Assembly: GCA_017409455.1 (NCBI GenBank)
Contig: JAFQSS010000011.1
Span: forward strand, 29,595-93,594
Reading direction: 5' to 3'
Length of the DNA: 64,000 nt
Source: Clostridia bacterium
GTDB lineage: Bacteria > Bacillota > Clostridia > TANB77 > CAG-508
Shown one piece after another: positions 8,976 through 18,161 of the stretch. The translations under genes and the position numbers were made by a program. Each line of letters opens with the position of its first letter. The stretch's first letter is position 1. The notes under the pieces are model-generated. The model was given only the letters and a program-made list of their open reading frames with translations, made no database searches and was not told the origin of the DNA.

Positions 8976-10895
8976 TTATCCTTCAATTTTTGCTCTTTTT
9001 GTTTTTTTCATTTGTTTTCCCCAATGTTTTTCAATAAATTCATCAAATCCTTCAACATCTGACTCATCCATATTTGCTCTCATGTCTTCTAAGTTTTTAT
9101 CTGATATTTTGTTTGTAATTACATATCCTCCATCAACATATTCTAGAATATTCCTATATTCATATAATTTTTGATCTGTAACTTTTGAAAAATATGTTGT
9201 CGCATTTTGGAAGAATTTTTCCATTTTTCCGTCCATTGTTTTTTCACCTTTGTAGTCATGGTCATATGTTAAATCATCTACAATTGGTATACACTCTGTA
9301 ACCCTTTGTATAAATCTTTTTCCTCTAAAGTCTTTTGATAAGTGAATATCAAAATTTAATACTTGTACTACTTGTTCTTCTGCTGTTTTTTCGTTTCTAA
9401 ATACACCTGCTCTTAACATTGAGTTACGCAATGCAGTTACTAAGTCTGGGAATGTTTTAGCATGGTGAGTAAATAGTGTAAATTTTGATGCAACCTGTGC
9501 AGATTGTATCATCCAAGATGCTACAGGGTCAGTAGCAACCTCACCTATGATGTTTACAGAACCATCTGTTTTCTTTTGAACGTCCAAACATTCTTGTCCT
9601 GCTATTGTATCTGTTTCACGCATTGATAAAATATTTCTTGTTGGATAAACTTTTCTTAAGTGTAACTCGAATGCAGTTTCTGTGATACGCAAGTTCATAG
9701 TTTCATATATATTTTCTATCATACCCATTAGAAGTGTTGTTTTACCACAACCTTGTTCACCAGTTATTGATGTAATTCTTGCACCTTTAACTAGATATTT
9801 TAATAAATCAATTGCTTCCTCTTTACCAGGTGTTTCTCCTGTCCATTGTTCAACTGTAGCTCTTTTTACGTCAAATTTTCTTACGAAAAACGCCCATGTT
9901 TCTGACATACTTGGTCTTACTACAACAACACGAGAGCCGTCTTTCATTTCATTTATTTTATAACCATTTGTATCTGATAATTGTCCTGGGTTATTGTATT
10001 TGTAAATATTTTGACATACCCTTTTTAATTCAGATTCTGTACCAAATGATAAAAATGCCAAACGAATTGATTTACCTTGGAAAAATATCCAAATACTATC
10101 ACATGCTCGAGGTACTTTGTGTTCTGCAACTTGGTCTAAATAGTCTCCATCTGTTTGTGCAACTTGGCTTAAGAAACTTTCTGGTAAACCAGATACACCT
10201 CCAGATACACCATCTATGTTCATATCTCTTATTTCATCTATTGAACTATATCCTTTATAATGTTGGTATATTCTTTGCACAACAACCTCTAATTTATCTT
10301 GAAATGTTAATACTATTTGCTCTTTTTCATATATGTCATTAATCTCATCCTCTGTTATTACATAACATGGTTTTGTTTCCCCAAGAATATATTTCAAAGT
10401 TGCTAAATTATATCTTTTTATTAATTGTGTTAATGCTTCATACCCAAATTCTTTTTTATACACATATATCAAAATGTCAAATTTATCTTGTGATGTAAGT
10501 AATGATGGCATGTCAAATGGTATAGCTGCTGATATATTTGTTTCATCAACACCATATTCTTGTGATAATAAATCTGCAATTAATTCTTTTACATATTTTT
10601 TATCGTTAACATCTCCATATGTACAACCCTTTAAAGCTTTTTTCAATGCATATTTTTTGCTTTTTCTACGCTTTAATTCTTCTTCAGATAATCCTATATC
10701 ATATAAGTTTACTTTTGTTATTTCATCTAATCTTTTTTTAATATAGTCTCTCATTGTTTCAAGAGTATATGTTTTTTCGTCTTTTTCAATTTCTTGTTCA
10801 ACTTCTGCATTTTGGTTTTTGTTTAAAAAGTATGTTAAACCTGCTGCTGCAGATATAATAACAATAAGCATTAACAATATATTTGTTATTGACAT
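8976..10895 (-). CDS. CpaF/TadA/VirB11-family secretion ATPase with N-terminal TM anchor and long N-terminal extension
   Basis: Walker A GEQGCGKTT, followed by ..RITETAFELHL.. and IIGEVATDP..TLFTHHAKT blocks that align to the CpaF pattern; N-terminus MSITNILLMLIVIISAAAGLTYFL is hydrophobic. Confidence 0.8.
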   Translation of the reverse strand: MSITNILLMLIVIISAAAGLTYFLNKNQNAEVEQEIEKDEKTYTLETMRDYIKKRLDEITKVNLYDIGLSEEELKRRKSKKYALKKALKGCTYGDVNDKKYVKELIADLLSQEYGVDETNISAAIPFDMPSLLTSQDKFDILIYVYKKEFGYEALTQLIKRYNLATLKYILGETKPCYVITEDEINDIYEKEQIVLTFQDKLEVVVQRIYQHYKGYSSIDEIRDMNIDGVSGGVSGLPESFLSQVAQTDGDYLDQVAEHKVPRACDSIWIFFQGKSIRLAFLSFGTESELKRVCQNIYKYNNPGQLSDTNGYKINEMKDGSRVVVVRPSMSETWAFFVRKFDVKRATVEQWTGETPGKEEAIDLLKYLVKGARITSITGEQGCGKTTLLMGMIENIYETMNLRITETAFELHLRKVYPTRNILSMRETDTIAGQECLDVQKKTDGSVNIIGEVATDPVASWMIQSAQVASKFTLFTHHAKTFPDLVTALRNSMLRAGVFRNEKTAEEQVVQVLNFDIHLSKDFRGKRFIQRVTECIPIVDDLTYDHDYKGEKTMDGKMEKFFQNATTYFSKVTDQKLYEYRNILEYVDGGYVITNKISDKNLEDMRANMDESDVEGFDEFIEKHWGKQMKKTKRAKIEG

Positions 10896-10899
10896 TTTT

Positions 10900-11766
10900 T
10901 CACCTCATTTTCATTTGCATATCTTGTAACTTTTTAACAATGTTGTTTGTTAAATTTAATGTACATTGCATAAAAATATAGTTTTCGTCTGTTTTATCTT
11001 TAACATTTTTTAATTTTAAAAATAAATCTACCACATCAGCCTCATCTGCTGCAGCCATATATAATAAATTAAATGGTAGCAAATCTAATTCTTGCTTTTG
11101 CCCTAAATATCTAGCTATATTTTTTGAATTATATTTATAATTACTCATGTATTTCCCAATAACTGGTATACATCTAGTCTTAGTCAATTCTGCATTAGCT
11201 TTTCTTAATTCATTATATCTATTTATACTTTCCAATCTTTGTGTAAGTACAAATACATTTACTTGTGATAAATTAAGAATTTCTTCTTGTGTTTTTCTGC
11301 TTATTCTTTTGTCTAAATCTACTATTACTATATCGTAATATTGATTCGCTGTTTTTATTAGTTCTATATAACTAGCCTCTATTTTTCTTAATTCTTCAAC
11401 ACTTGTTTCTGTTGTTCGTATTTTAGCTTCTGAAAAACCTGTAATTACTTCTAATCTGCCCTTAAAAACTACTTTTGTGTAATCTGTAATAATAGAAGGT
11501 GTTAATTTATTACTTGTTATAAGTTTGTATAAACCTTCTATTCCATTTTCAACTGCAATATTGTTATTTTTTCCATTGCTAAAAAATGATGTGTTTTTAC
11601 TAGTATCGCCCCAAAAACAATTTTTCATTGTAGAATCACCAAAACTAGTTGATATTAGCAAAATTTTGCTATTACGTTCTATTGCCATTCTTGTTGCGAC
11701 AGCTACTGATGTCAACGTTCTTCCAGATTGTTCTCTACTATCATTCCAAAAAGTTATTATTGACAT
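10900..11766 (-). CDS. ParA/MinD-like protein with degenerate P-loop (TadZ/CpaE-like)
   Basis: ITFWNDSREQSGRTLTSVAVATRMA..LLISTS, then YDIVIVDLD (Walker B-like); position upstream of the ATPase. Confidence 0.5.
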   Translation of the reverse strand: MSIITFWNDSREQSGRTLTSVAVATRMAIERNSKILLISTSFGDSTMKNCFWGDTSKNTSFFSNGKNNNIAVENGIEGLYKLITSNKLTPSIITDYTKVVFKGRLEVITGFSEAKIRTTETSVEELRKIEASYIELIKTANQYYDIVIVDLDKRISRKTQEEILNLSQVNVFVLTQRLESINRYNELRKANAELTKTRCIPVIGKYMSNYKYNSKNIARYLGQKQELDLLPFNLLYMAAADEADVVDLFLKLKNVKDKTDENYIFMQCTLNLTNNIVKKLQDMQMKMR

Positions 11767-11778
11767 TTTCTAACTCCT

Positions 11779-12465
11779 TTAAAGTTCTTTTATTATATTT
11801 TTAATCGTTTTTTCTCCTATTTCCGGACATATGCTATTTGTTAAAAATTGAATATTATCTCTATATTCATTACTTAAATTTCTAAATTTAATTTTTGAAA
11901 TCCTTTGATTTTCCATTATGGCCGAAAAATCTCCATTTTCTAATGGAAAATATATTTTAGATTCATCCCATATCACCTTTGTGCCTAAGGCCAAATATTC
12001 AAAATAGTTTTCTTCTTCTTTTAACATGTCTTTCGAGAAGAATATTCCGGTTATACGCTTAGGAATGCCTAATTGGCTTAATATTTCAATACCTTTTTTC
12101 AAAGAATATGAATCATAAGATGTTACAAAATATATTTTGTCTGAAGATTGTAATCCAAAAGTAGCAAATCCTTCAAAATTATCTGTATCTATTATAAAAA
12201 AATCATAATCCAAATTTTCATTTTCTTGTAATCCAATATATTGTTTTAATTTTTCTATATTTTCGAATCCAACCGCTACATCTATATCTTCGTAAGTAGT
12301 TATATATGACTTTGTTGGGTTTATAACTGGAACTATATATTTGCATTTTTGAGTTATTGTATTATCTAATATTAGAACTTTCTTATTAACCATTGTCAAA
12401 ATTTTTGCTATACTTAATATTATATCAGTTTTATCATAGGCTCCTACAAACCCTATCTTCTTCAT
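11779..12465 (-). CDS. Second ParA/MinD-like protein with degenerate P-loop
   Basis: MKKIGFVGAYDKTDIILSIAKIL..VLILDNT, DYDFFIIDTD Walker B-like. Confidence 0.45.
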   Translation of the reverse strand: MKKIGFVGAYDKTDIILSIAKILTMVNKKVLILDNTITQKCKYIVPVINPTKSYITTYEDIDVAVGFENIEKLKQYIGLQENENLDYDFFIIDTDNFEGFATFGLQSSDKIYFVTSYDSYSLKKGIEILSQLGIPKRITGIFFSKDMLKEEENYFEYLALGTKVIWDESKIYFPLENGDFSAIMENQRISKIKFRNLSNEYRDNIQFLTNSICPEIGEKTIKNIIKEL

Positions 12466-12540
12466 ATGTTCTTTTCCTTTCTTGCAACTAATTGCATTTG
12501 TTTAAATCTACAGTAAGGGCATATATATGCCCTTATCTGC

Positions 12541-13824
12541 TTAATAATTTAATGATTCTAAATATTCTTGTCTTGTTGAAATTGAATTTCCAATTTCTTC
12601 GTCCATTGAACTTTTTATATTATCGAAATAATTTGTTTCATTATTTATTAATCCTTGTAAATAGTTGTTTCTTAAATTTTTAGCTGCTTCTGTATATCTA
12701 GTTGCCAATTCTTGTTTCGCTATTTCAACAACATTTGGATTTGATTGTATTTGTGCAGTTACAGAAGCATTTGGTACATATGTTGGCAATGCAGCTTCTT
12801 GATTTGCTGGATCAACATATTTAGTTACATATAATTTTGAACCTGCTAATCCATAAGCTTCTACTATTGCACTTGACATTGATAATATTTCATCTTCTCT
12901 TAAATTAACTCTTATAGTATCTGTCACGTATGTTCCATCAGCATTTAATGGTATGTCTACTTGTACTTTTGATACTACAATAAAATCTTGTCCTCCTGGT
13001 GACATTAATCTAATATCTATATAATCATTTGTCATCAAATCCATTGGTAAAACTAACATATTATATTGTTGTTGTCTTACATCATCAGTTATAATTTCAT
13101 CTGATTGTACTATAAATTGTGGTGTAATAACTGTATTCATATTCATATTTACTTTTGCAAGTACTGGTACATTTTTTATTTCTATATATTGTTTTACTCT
13201 TGCTTTTGCACCTGTATTTAAAGTTGATGTATCTAACTTGTATATGTAGAATTCTCCTGTACTATTTTCTTGGTATACTCTTGTTATTTGATCATTCCCT
13301 TGTGTATCAACAAAAAACATTCCATTTTCATCTTGTGTAACACCTTCTGTTGTTTTTACTTTTTCTAAAGTTCCATTTACATCTACATAGTAATCTCCTG
13401 TTGCAACTTTATTACCTTTTGAATCTTCAAACTGGTTGCCTGTATTTTCTATAACTTCTATTATTGTATCTCCTTTATCTAAATACAATCCATATTTACC
13501 AGTATTAATAGGCTCTCCTTCTTTTGTTTGTAAAAACCATGAATCAATCACTTCAAATGTTGCAGTGGCATTACTTGGTACTGTATCTCTATTAACTTGT
13601 TGAAGTGAAAACATGTCTTCAGTTAATATTTGCCCTGCTTTTACATCTTGTGTAAGTGTATATACATTTATTTTAGCTGCTTGTTCAGCTACTAATTGAT
13701 CATTTTTTTGTTTTAACATAAGAAATAGAAGTACAATTACTACTCCTGCAACTAATAAAGTTACTGTTACTCCTAATAAAAATGCATTTCTTGTTTTTCT
13801 TTGCATTGGATTTGATGGCATCAT
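12541..13824 (-). CDS. CpaB/RcpC-like pilus assembly protein (TM anchor + SAF-like domain)
   Basis: N-terminal TM; VKAGQILTEDMF SAF-like segment; C-terminal NDYIDIRLM..IRVNLREDEILSMSSAIVEAYGLAGSKLYV matches the CpaB pattern. Confidence 0.6.
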   Translation of the reverse strand: MMPSNPMQRKTRNAFLLGVTVTLLVAGVVIVLLFLMLKQKNDQLVAEQAAKINVYTLTQDVKAGQILTEDMFSLQQVNRDTVPSNATATFEVIDSWFLQTKEGEPINTGKYGLYLDKGDTIIEVIENTGNQFEDSKGNKVATGDYYVDVNGTLEKVKTTEGVTQDENGMFFVDTQGNDQITRVYQENSTGEFYIYKLDTSTLNTGAKARVKQYIEIKNVPVLAKVNMNMNTVITPQFIVQSDEIITDDVRQQQYNMLVLPMDLMTNDYIDIRLMSPGGQDFIVVSKVQVDIPLNADGTYVTDTIRVNLREDEILSMSSAIVEAYGLAGSKLYVTKYVDPANQEAALPTYVPNASVTAQIQSNPNVVEIAKQELATRYTEAAKNLRNNYLQGLINNETNYFDNIKSSMDEEIGNSISTRQEYLESLNY

Positions 13825-13929
13825 TTTTTATTCCTCCTTGTTTTAGCATTTGTATGCTATCTTTCTTTATTTTACCTCTTTTTAGGACTAAAATCAACAA
13901 AGTTTATTCTTTGTAATAAAAACTTAATA

Positions 13930-14808
13930 TTATTGTAATATTTCTGTAATATTAATCAAAACTTCTGCAACTCCATCTTCATAATTTGGCAATGTTATTA
14001 AATTTGAATTTTCTTTTATTTCAGGATGGCTTTGTCCCATTGCAACTCCCAAACCTGCATTTTGTATCATTTTTTTATCATTAATATTGTCACCAATTGC
14101 AATTATTTCTTCTGTTTTTATATCTAATTTTTCTTGCAAAAATTCAATTGCATTCCATTTATCTACATTTTTTGCAGAAATTTCAGTGTAAAAATATTCA
14201 ATCGGAATTTCTTCTGTACCTTGTCTTATCATTTTTCTTGACATGTGTGATACGTCTAAAACTTCAATATCACTAACTTCTTTCAATTTTCTAATTATAG
14301 AATTAAATATAGCTTGATTACTATCACATATTGTTATTTTAACAATTTTGTCATCTCTATTTGCTATGTAATCATATGCATTTTCAACTATATTTATGTG
14401 TGTTTTATCTTCTTCTGATTTAGTTAAGTTTTCTTTATGATAATACAAAACATTGCATTGTAAACTTTTAGCTATTATTTCTTTTTCAGTATAAATATTA
14501 TAATATATGCTATTTTCTTCACATATTTTTATAATATCAAGCACTTTTTGCTTTTTTAATGTGTTTTCGTATATTATTGCATCATTTGCGATATCATATA
14601 TTATAGCTCCGTTTCCTGATATAAAATATTTTTCGCTTTTTATTTCTTTTGCAATTGTTTTTATTGAATCTATTGGTCTACCAGATGCTATTATTACTTC
14701 TATCCCATTTTCTTGAGCTTTTCGAATTGCTTCTTTTGTTTTTTCCGTTACAATTCCATATTGGTTTAGCATTGTTCCATCTAAATCTATCATAGCTAAT
14801 TTATACAT
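13930..14808 (-). CDS. Cof-type HAD-IIB phosphatase
   Basis: MIDLDGTMLN motif I, SGRP, GDNINDKKM motif IV. Confidence 0.85.
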   Translation of the reverse strand: MYKLAMIDLDGTMLNQYGIVTEKTKEAIRKAQENGIEVIIASGRPIDSIKTIAKEIKSEKYFISGNGAIIYDIANDAIIYENTLKKQKVLDIIKICEENSIYYNIYTEKEIIAKSLQCNVLYYHKENLTKSEEDKTHINIVENAYDYIANRDDKIVKITICDSNQAIFNSIIRKLKEVSDIEVLDVSHMSRKMIRQGTEEIPIEYFYTEISAKNVDKWNAIEFLQEKLDIKTEEIIAIGDNINDKKMIQNAGLGVAMGQSHPEIKENSNLITLPNYEDGVAEVLINITEILQ

Positions 14809-14821
14809 ATTTACCTCCGCT

Positions 14822-14867
14822 AATTTGGGGACGGTCCTTTTTTTCGCGAATTTTGGGACAGTCCTTT
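14822..14867. repeat. 46-bp dyad-symmetric GC-rich element (GGACGGTCC - T-tract - TTCGCGAA - GGACAGTCC); second copy at 61914..61959
   Basis: aatttggggacggtcctttttttcgcgaattttgggacagtccttt; 4 mismatches to the reverse complement of 61914..61959. Confidence 0.8.
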
Positions 14868-14871
14868 GGTG

Positions 14872-14896
14872 AAAAAAGAGACCCCGTCCCTTTTTT
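14872..14896. repeat. Related GC-rich motif (aaaaaagagaccccgtccctttttt)
   Basis: CCGTCCC is complementary to GGGACGG at 14828-14834. Confidence 0.5.
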
Positions 14897-15016
14897 ACTT
14901 TTTTCGATTTTTTTCAAAAAATTTCCTGTTTATTTTCTTTCAAATTGTACATCATATATTTAGAAAAAGCAATAGTTTTTTCTTTAAAATGTTATATATA
15001 ACAGGGGGTGAAAAAC

Positions 15017-15223
15017 ATGGCAAACAACAACAGTAACAAAAAATTAGTTCCAGAAGCTATGAACGCTTTAGATAAATTCAAATATGAAGTTGCTTCAGAA
15101 GTTGGTGTAACTTTAAAAGATGGATATAATGGAGATATATCAGCTAAAGATGCTGGTAAAATCGGTGGAAATATGGTTAGAAAAATGATCCAACAAGTTG
15201 AAAACAACATGATAGGAAGATAG
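15017..15223 (+). CDS. Small acid-soluble spore protein, alpha/beta type
   Basis: MANNNSNKKLVPEAMNALDKFKYEVASEVGV..GGNMVRKMI is a classic SASP signature; SD aggggg is placed correctly upstream of the ATG at 15017. Confidence 0.85.
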   Translation: MANNNSNKKLVPEAMNALDKFKYEVASEVGVTLKDGYNGDISAKDAGKIGGNMVRKMIQQVENNMIGR

Positions 15224-15297
15224 TTTTAACTATAATTAGATTTGGCAGAAGTATTTTTCTTGGTTTTATTTATGTTTTTTTGTTTAGACATACATAA

Positions 15298-15330
15298 AGG
15301 CAGGAGATGTGCTCCTGCCTCTTTATTTTT
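15298..15330. terminator. Bidirectional intrinsic terminator between the SASP and ABC-F genes
   Basis: aggcaggag-atgtg-ctcctgcct flanked by an A-tract and a T-tract. Confidence 0.7.
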
Positions 15331-15333
15331 TTA

Positions 15334-16953
15334 TTATTTATTCATTGTAAAATTATCATAATTCCCATAATATGATTTTACTTTACAGTCTTCTATATTT
15401 AATACTCTATCCGCTAATGCATTTATAAAGAACCTATCATGCGAAACAAATAATAGTGTACCTTTATATTCTTGTAATGCTTCTTCTAATATTTCTCTTG
15501 TATCTATATCAATATGATTTGTAGGCTCATCTAGTATTAAAAAGTTAATATCTTTTTGAATTAATTTCATAAGTATTATTCTAACTTTTTCTCCACCTGA
15601 TAACTTTCCTATTTTTTTAAATACATTTTCTTGTCTAAAACCATATCTTGCAAGCTTATTTCTTGCTTCTGTTTCTGAAAAATTATTTCCTTCTAAAAAA
15701 TAATCTAAAACTGTCTTATTATTATCTTCAAAAATTATGTTTTGAGGAATATATCCCAATTTTATTGAAGTCCCTAATTTAAGCACCCCATCAAACTTAA
15801 TATCTTGACCCAAAATAATATTTATTAATGTGGATTTTCCACTTCCGTTTTCCCCAATTAATGCAACCTTTTCTCCATAATTTAAAATTAAATTTGCATC
15901 TTTAAAAATCACTTTTTGTTCAAATTTCTTTTCCAAGTTTTCGATTTTTAGGACATCATTGCCTGACCTATTTTCCATATTGAATTTTAAATCTAACGAT
16001 TTCTTATTTAAATCTACTTTGTCTAAAACTTCCATTTTTTCCAATCGTTTCTCTATGTTTTTTGCCCTCTTAAAAAACATTTCATTTCCTGCTAATTCAC
16101 CAAATTTTCTTAATGTTGTTATAGATTCTTTCATCTTTTCAATTTGTTTTTGCTGATTTTTATAGTTTTCAAATTTAGCTAAAGTTCTTCTTTCATCTTC
16201 TTTTAGAAAATATGAATAATTTCCGCAATAAATATTCTCTTTGCCATTTTCTAATAATACTGTTTTGTTAATTACCTTATCTAAAAAATATCTGTCATGA
16301 GAAACTATTAAAACAGTTCCTTTATGTTTTGAAATTAATTCTTCCAAAAATTCTAGAGAATGAGTGTCTAGATGATTTGTTGGTTCATCTAATAATAATA
16401 TGTCTGGCTCAGTTAAAAATAATTTTGCAAGATTTATTCTTGTTTTTTCTCCTCCACTTAAAAGATTATAATTCTGTTTTAAAAGTTCTTTATTAATATA
16501 AAACTTAGAACATATTTTATTAAACTTTTCTTGAATTTCATATCCGCCTATTAACAAGAATCTTTCTTGAGTTTTTCCATAATCACTAATCAAGCTTTGT
16601 AGTTTTTTTGTGTCCTGCTCAGTTGACATTTCAATTTCCAATTTATTAAGTTTTTTATCTATTTTAAAAATCTCTTCAAAACTTTCATATAAGAATTCTT
16701 CTACTGAAATCTGTTTTTTCTCATTTTCATAAATTTGATTTAAAATCCCTATTTTTGCTCCATTTCTAATGTTAATAGTTCCACTATCCATACTTTCTTG
16801 TTTTGCAATTATTTTTAAAATCGTAGATTTCCCGCTTCCATTTTGTCCAATTAAGGCAACCTTTTCTCCTGTTTTTAGTTCTAAACTAAATCCATCTAAT
16901 ACATTTCTTAAACCATAATTTTTCTTAATTTTATTTAATTCTATTTCTATCAT
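15334..16953 (-). CDS. ABC-F family ATPase (two ABC domains + charged linker); possible ARE/ribosome-protection type
   Basis: GQNGSGKST and GENGSGKST Walker A; two LSGGEK signatures; no TM domain; interdomain linker KNQQKQIEKMKESITTLRKF. Confidence 0.9.
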   Translation of the reverse strand: MIEIELNKIKKNYGLRNVLDGFSLELKTGEKVALIGQNGSGKSTILKIIAKQESMDSGTINIRNGAKIGILNQIYENEKKQISVEEFLYESFEEIFKIDKKLNKLEIEMSTEQDTKKLQSLISDYGKTQERFLLIGGYEIQEKFNKICSKFYINKELLKQNYNLLSGGEKTRINLAKLFLTEPDILLLDEPTNHLDTHSLEFLEELISKHKGTVLIVSHDRYFLDKVINKTVLLENGKENIYCGNYSYFLKEDERRTLAKFENYKNQQKQIEKMKESITTLRKFGELAGNEMFFKRAKNIEKRLEKMEVLDKVDLNKKSLDLKFNMENRSGNDVLKIENLEKKFEQKVIFKDANLILNYGEKVALIGENGSGKSTLINIILGQDIKFDGVLKLGTSIKLGYIPQNIIFEDNNKTVLDYFLEGNNFSETEARNKLARYGFRQENVFKKIGKLSGGEKVRIILMKLIQKDINFLILDEPTNHIDIDTREILEEALQEYKGTLLFVSHDRFFINALADRVLNIEDCKVKSYYGNYDNFTMNK

Positions 16954-17131
16954 TTCTATATCTCCTTATTATTTAATTTTTATAAATAACGAGATATATT
17001 TGCCATTTAACTATTACAACCTATGGCTTTCTATCTTGTTGTAATAGTTTTACAGGCATAGCTTCTTATCTTTAACCTGCTCTCTAAATCTTTTCTTTTA
17101 TTCATTATAAAACTTCTCCTTTTATTATATT
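16954..17131 (-). promoter_or_regulatory. Leader of the ABC-F gene: 24-codon leader ORF (17105..17031), 10-bp hairpin (17011..17047) and an SD-sequestering pairing (16991-16998 with 16957-16964)
   Basis: SD aaaggag + ATG; MNKRKDLESRLKIRSYACKTITTR*; ctattacaac/gttgtaatag stem overlaps the leader stop; tatatctc pairs with gagatata of the ABC-F SD. Confidence 0.4.
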
Positions 17132-18160
17132 TTATTGTTGATATCCTGTTTTTTTCACGATTTGATCACTTATATTTTTAACTGTTTCACTTACCACATA
17201 ATCAGGTTGTCCTAAAACTTCTTTGTGTAACCTTTCAACATTACTTTCTAATGTAACAGGAACACCATACCATCTATCTAATGTTATTTCTCTTATTTCA
17301 TATGGCCAACCTATGCTTTCTGTTATATTAAGGGCTGTAACAATAGGAATTAATTCCGCTACATCTGATGATGTTATATTTGTACTTATTCTTGGTAAAA
17401 TTGTGTCTATTAATTTATTTAATGAGCTCGCATCTAGTGTTTTGACTTTTGCTAACATAGCATTTATTACTGTTCTCATTCTTTCTGCCCTTTTGTAGTC
17501 TCCACCTTCTGTATATCTTATTCTGGAATATGCTACTGCTTGTACACCATCTAACACTTGTTCTCCAGTATTTGTAATAAGATTTGATTTTACTCCTGTT
17601 GTTGAAGATGTGGATTTTATATAATCATTTATGTATTTTAATTCTGAAGAATCTATGTTTATAGTTACTCCACCCATTGTGTTTACCGCTTCTATTACTG
17701 CATCAAAATTTACTGTTACATATTCTGTTATATTTAAATCTAAATTCGTATTTAATGCTTTTAGTGCATTCTCAGGTCCTCCATATGAATATGCATGTGT
17801 TACTTTATCTAATATTTGTTTTCCATTGCTTTCTACTTGCATATATGTGTCTCTATATACTGATACTAGCTTTATTTCATTTGTATCTTGGTTTAGACTG
17901 GCAATTATTATGCAATCACTTCTATTTCCTAAACCATAATCATCTTTTCTGCTGTCTATTCCAAATAATGCTATGTTTCTGTATCCTTTAAGTTCTTTTT
18001 CTACTTCTTCAGTTATTCCTACAGCTGTTTTATCAATTTCTTCTACATTTATTTTTGATAATTTGCTTTTTACATAGCTTGTCCCTATTGCAAGAGTAAT
18101 GCCTATTATTACTATTAATATTAACAATATTATTCCTATTATTTTTAATGTTTTCTTCAT
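17132..18160 (-). CDS. LytR-CpsA-Psr (LCP) family glycopolymer transferase
   Basis: TM anchor; NIALFGIDSR..RSDCIIIASLN..VSVYRDT pattern. Confidence 0.85.
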   Translation of the reverse strand: MKKTLKIIGIILLILIVIIGITLAIGTSYVKSKLSKINVEEIDKTAVGITEEVEKELKGYRNIALFGIDSRKDDYGLGNRSDCIIIASLNQDTNEIKLVSVYRDTYMQVESNGKQILDKVTHAYSYGGPENALKALNTNLDLNITEYVTVNFDAVIEAVNTMGGVTINIDSSELKYINDYIKSTSSTTGVKSNLITNTGEQVLDGVQAVAYSRIRYTEGGDYKRAERMRTVINAMLAKVKTLDASSLNKLIDTILPRISTNITSSDVAELIPIVTALNITESIGWPYEIREITLDRWYGVPVTLESNVERLHKEVLGQPDYVVSETVKNISDQIVKKTGYQQ

Positions 18161-18161
18161 G

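Noticed and set aside
13700-13900. 66-aa minus-strand ORF overlapping the start of the CpaB-like gene
   Set aside because: It is in an alternative frame over the 5' end and leader of a better-supported gene, it is Lys-rich and low-complexity, and it has no SD.
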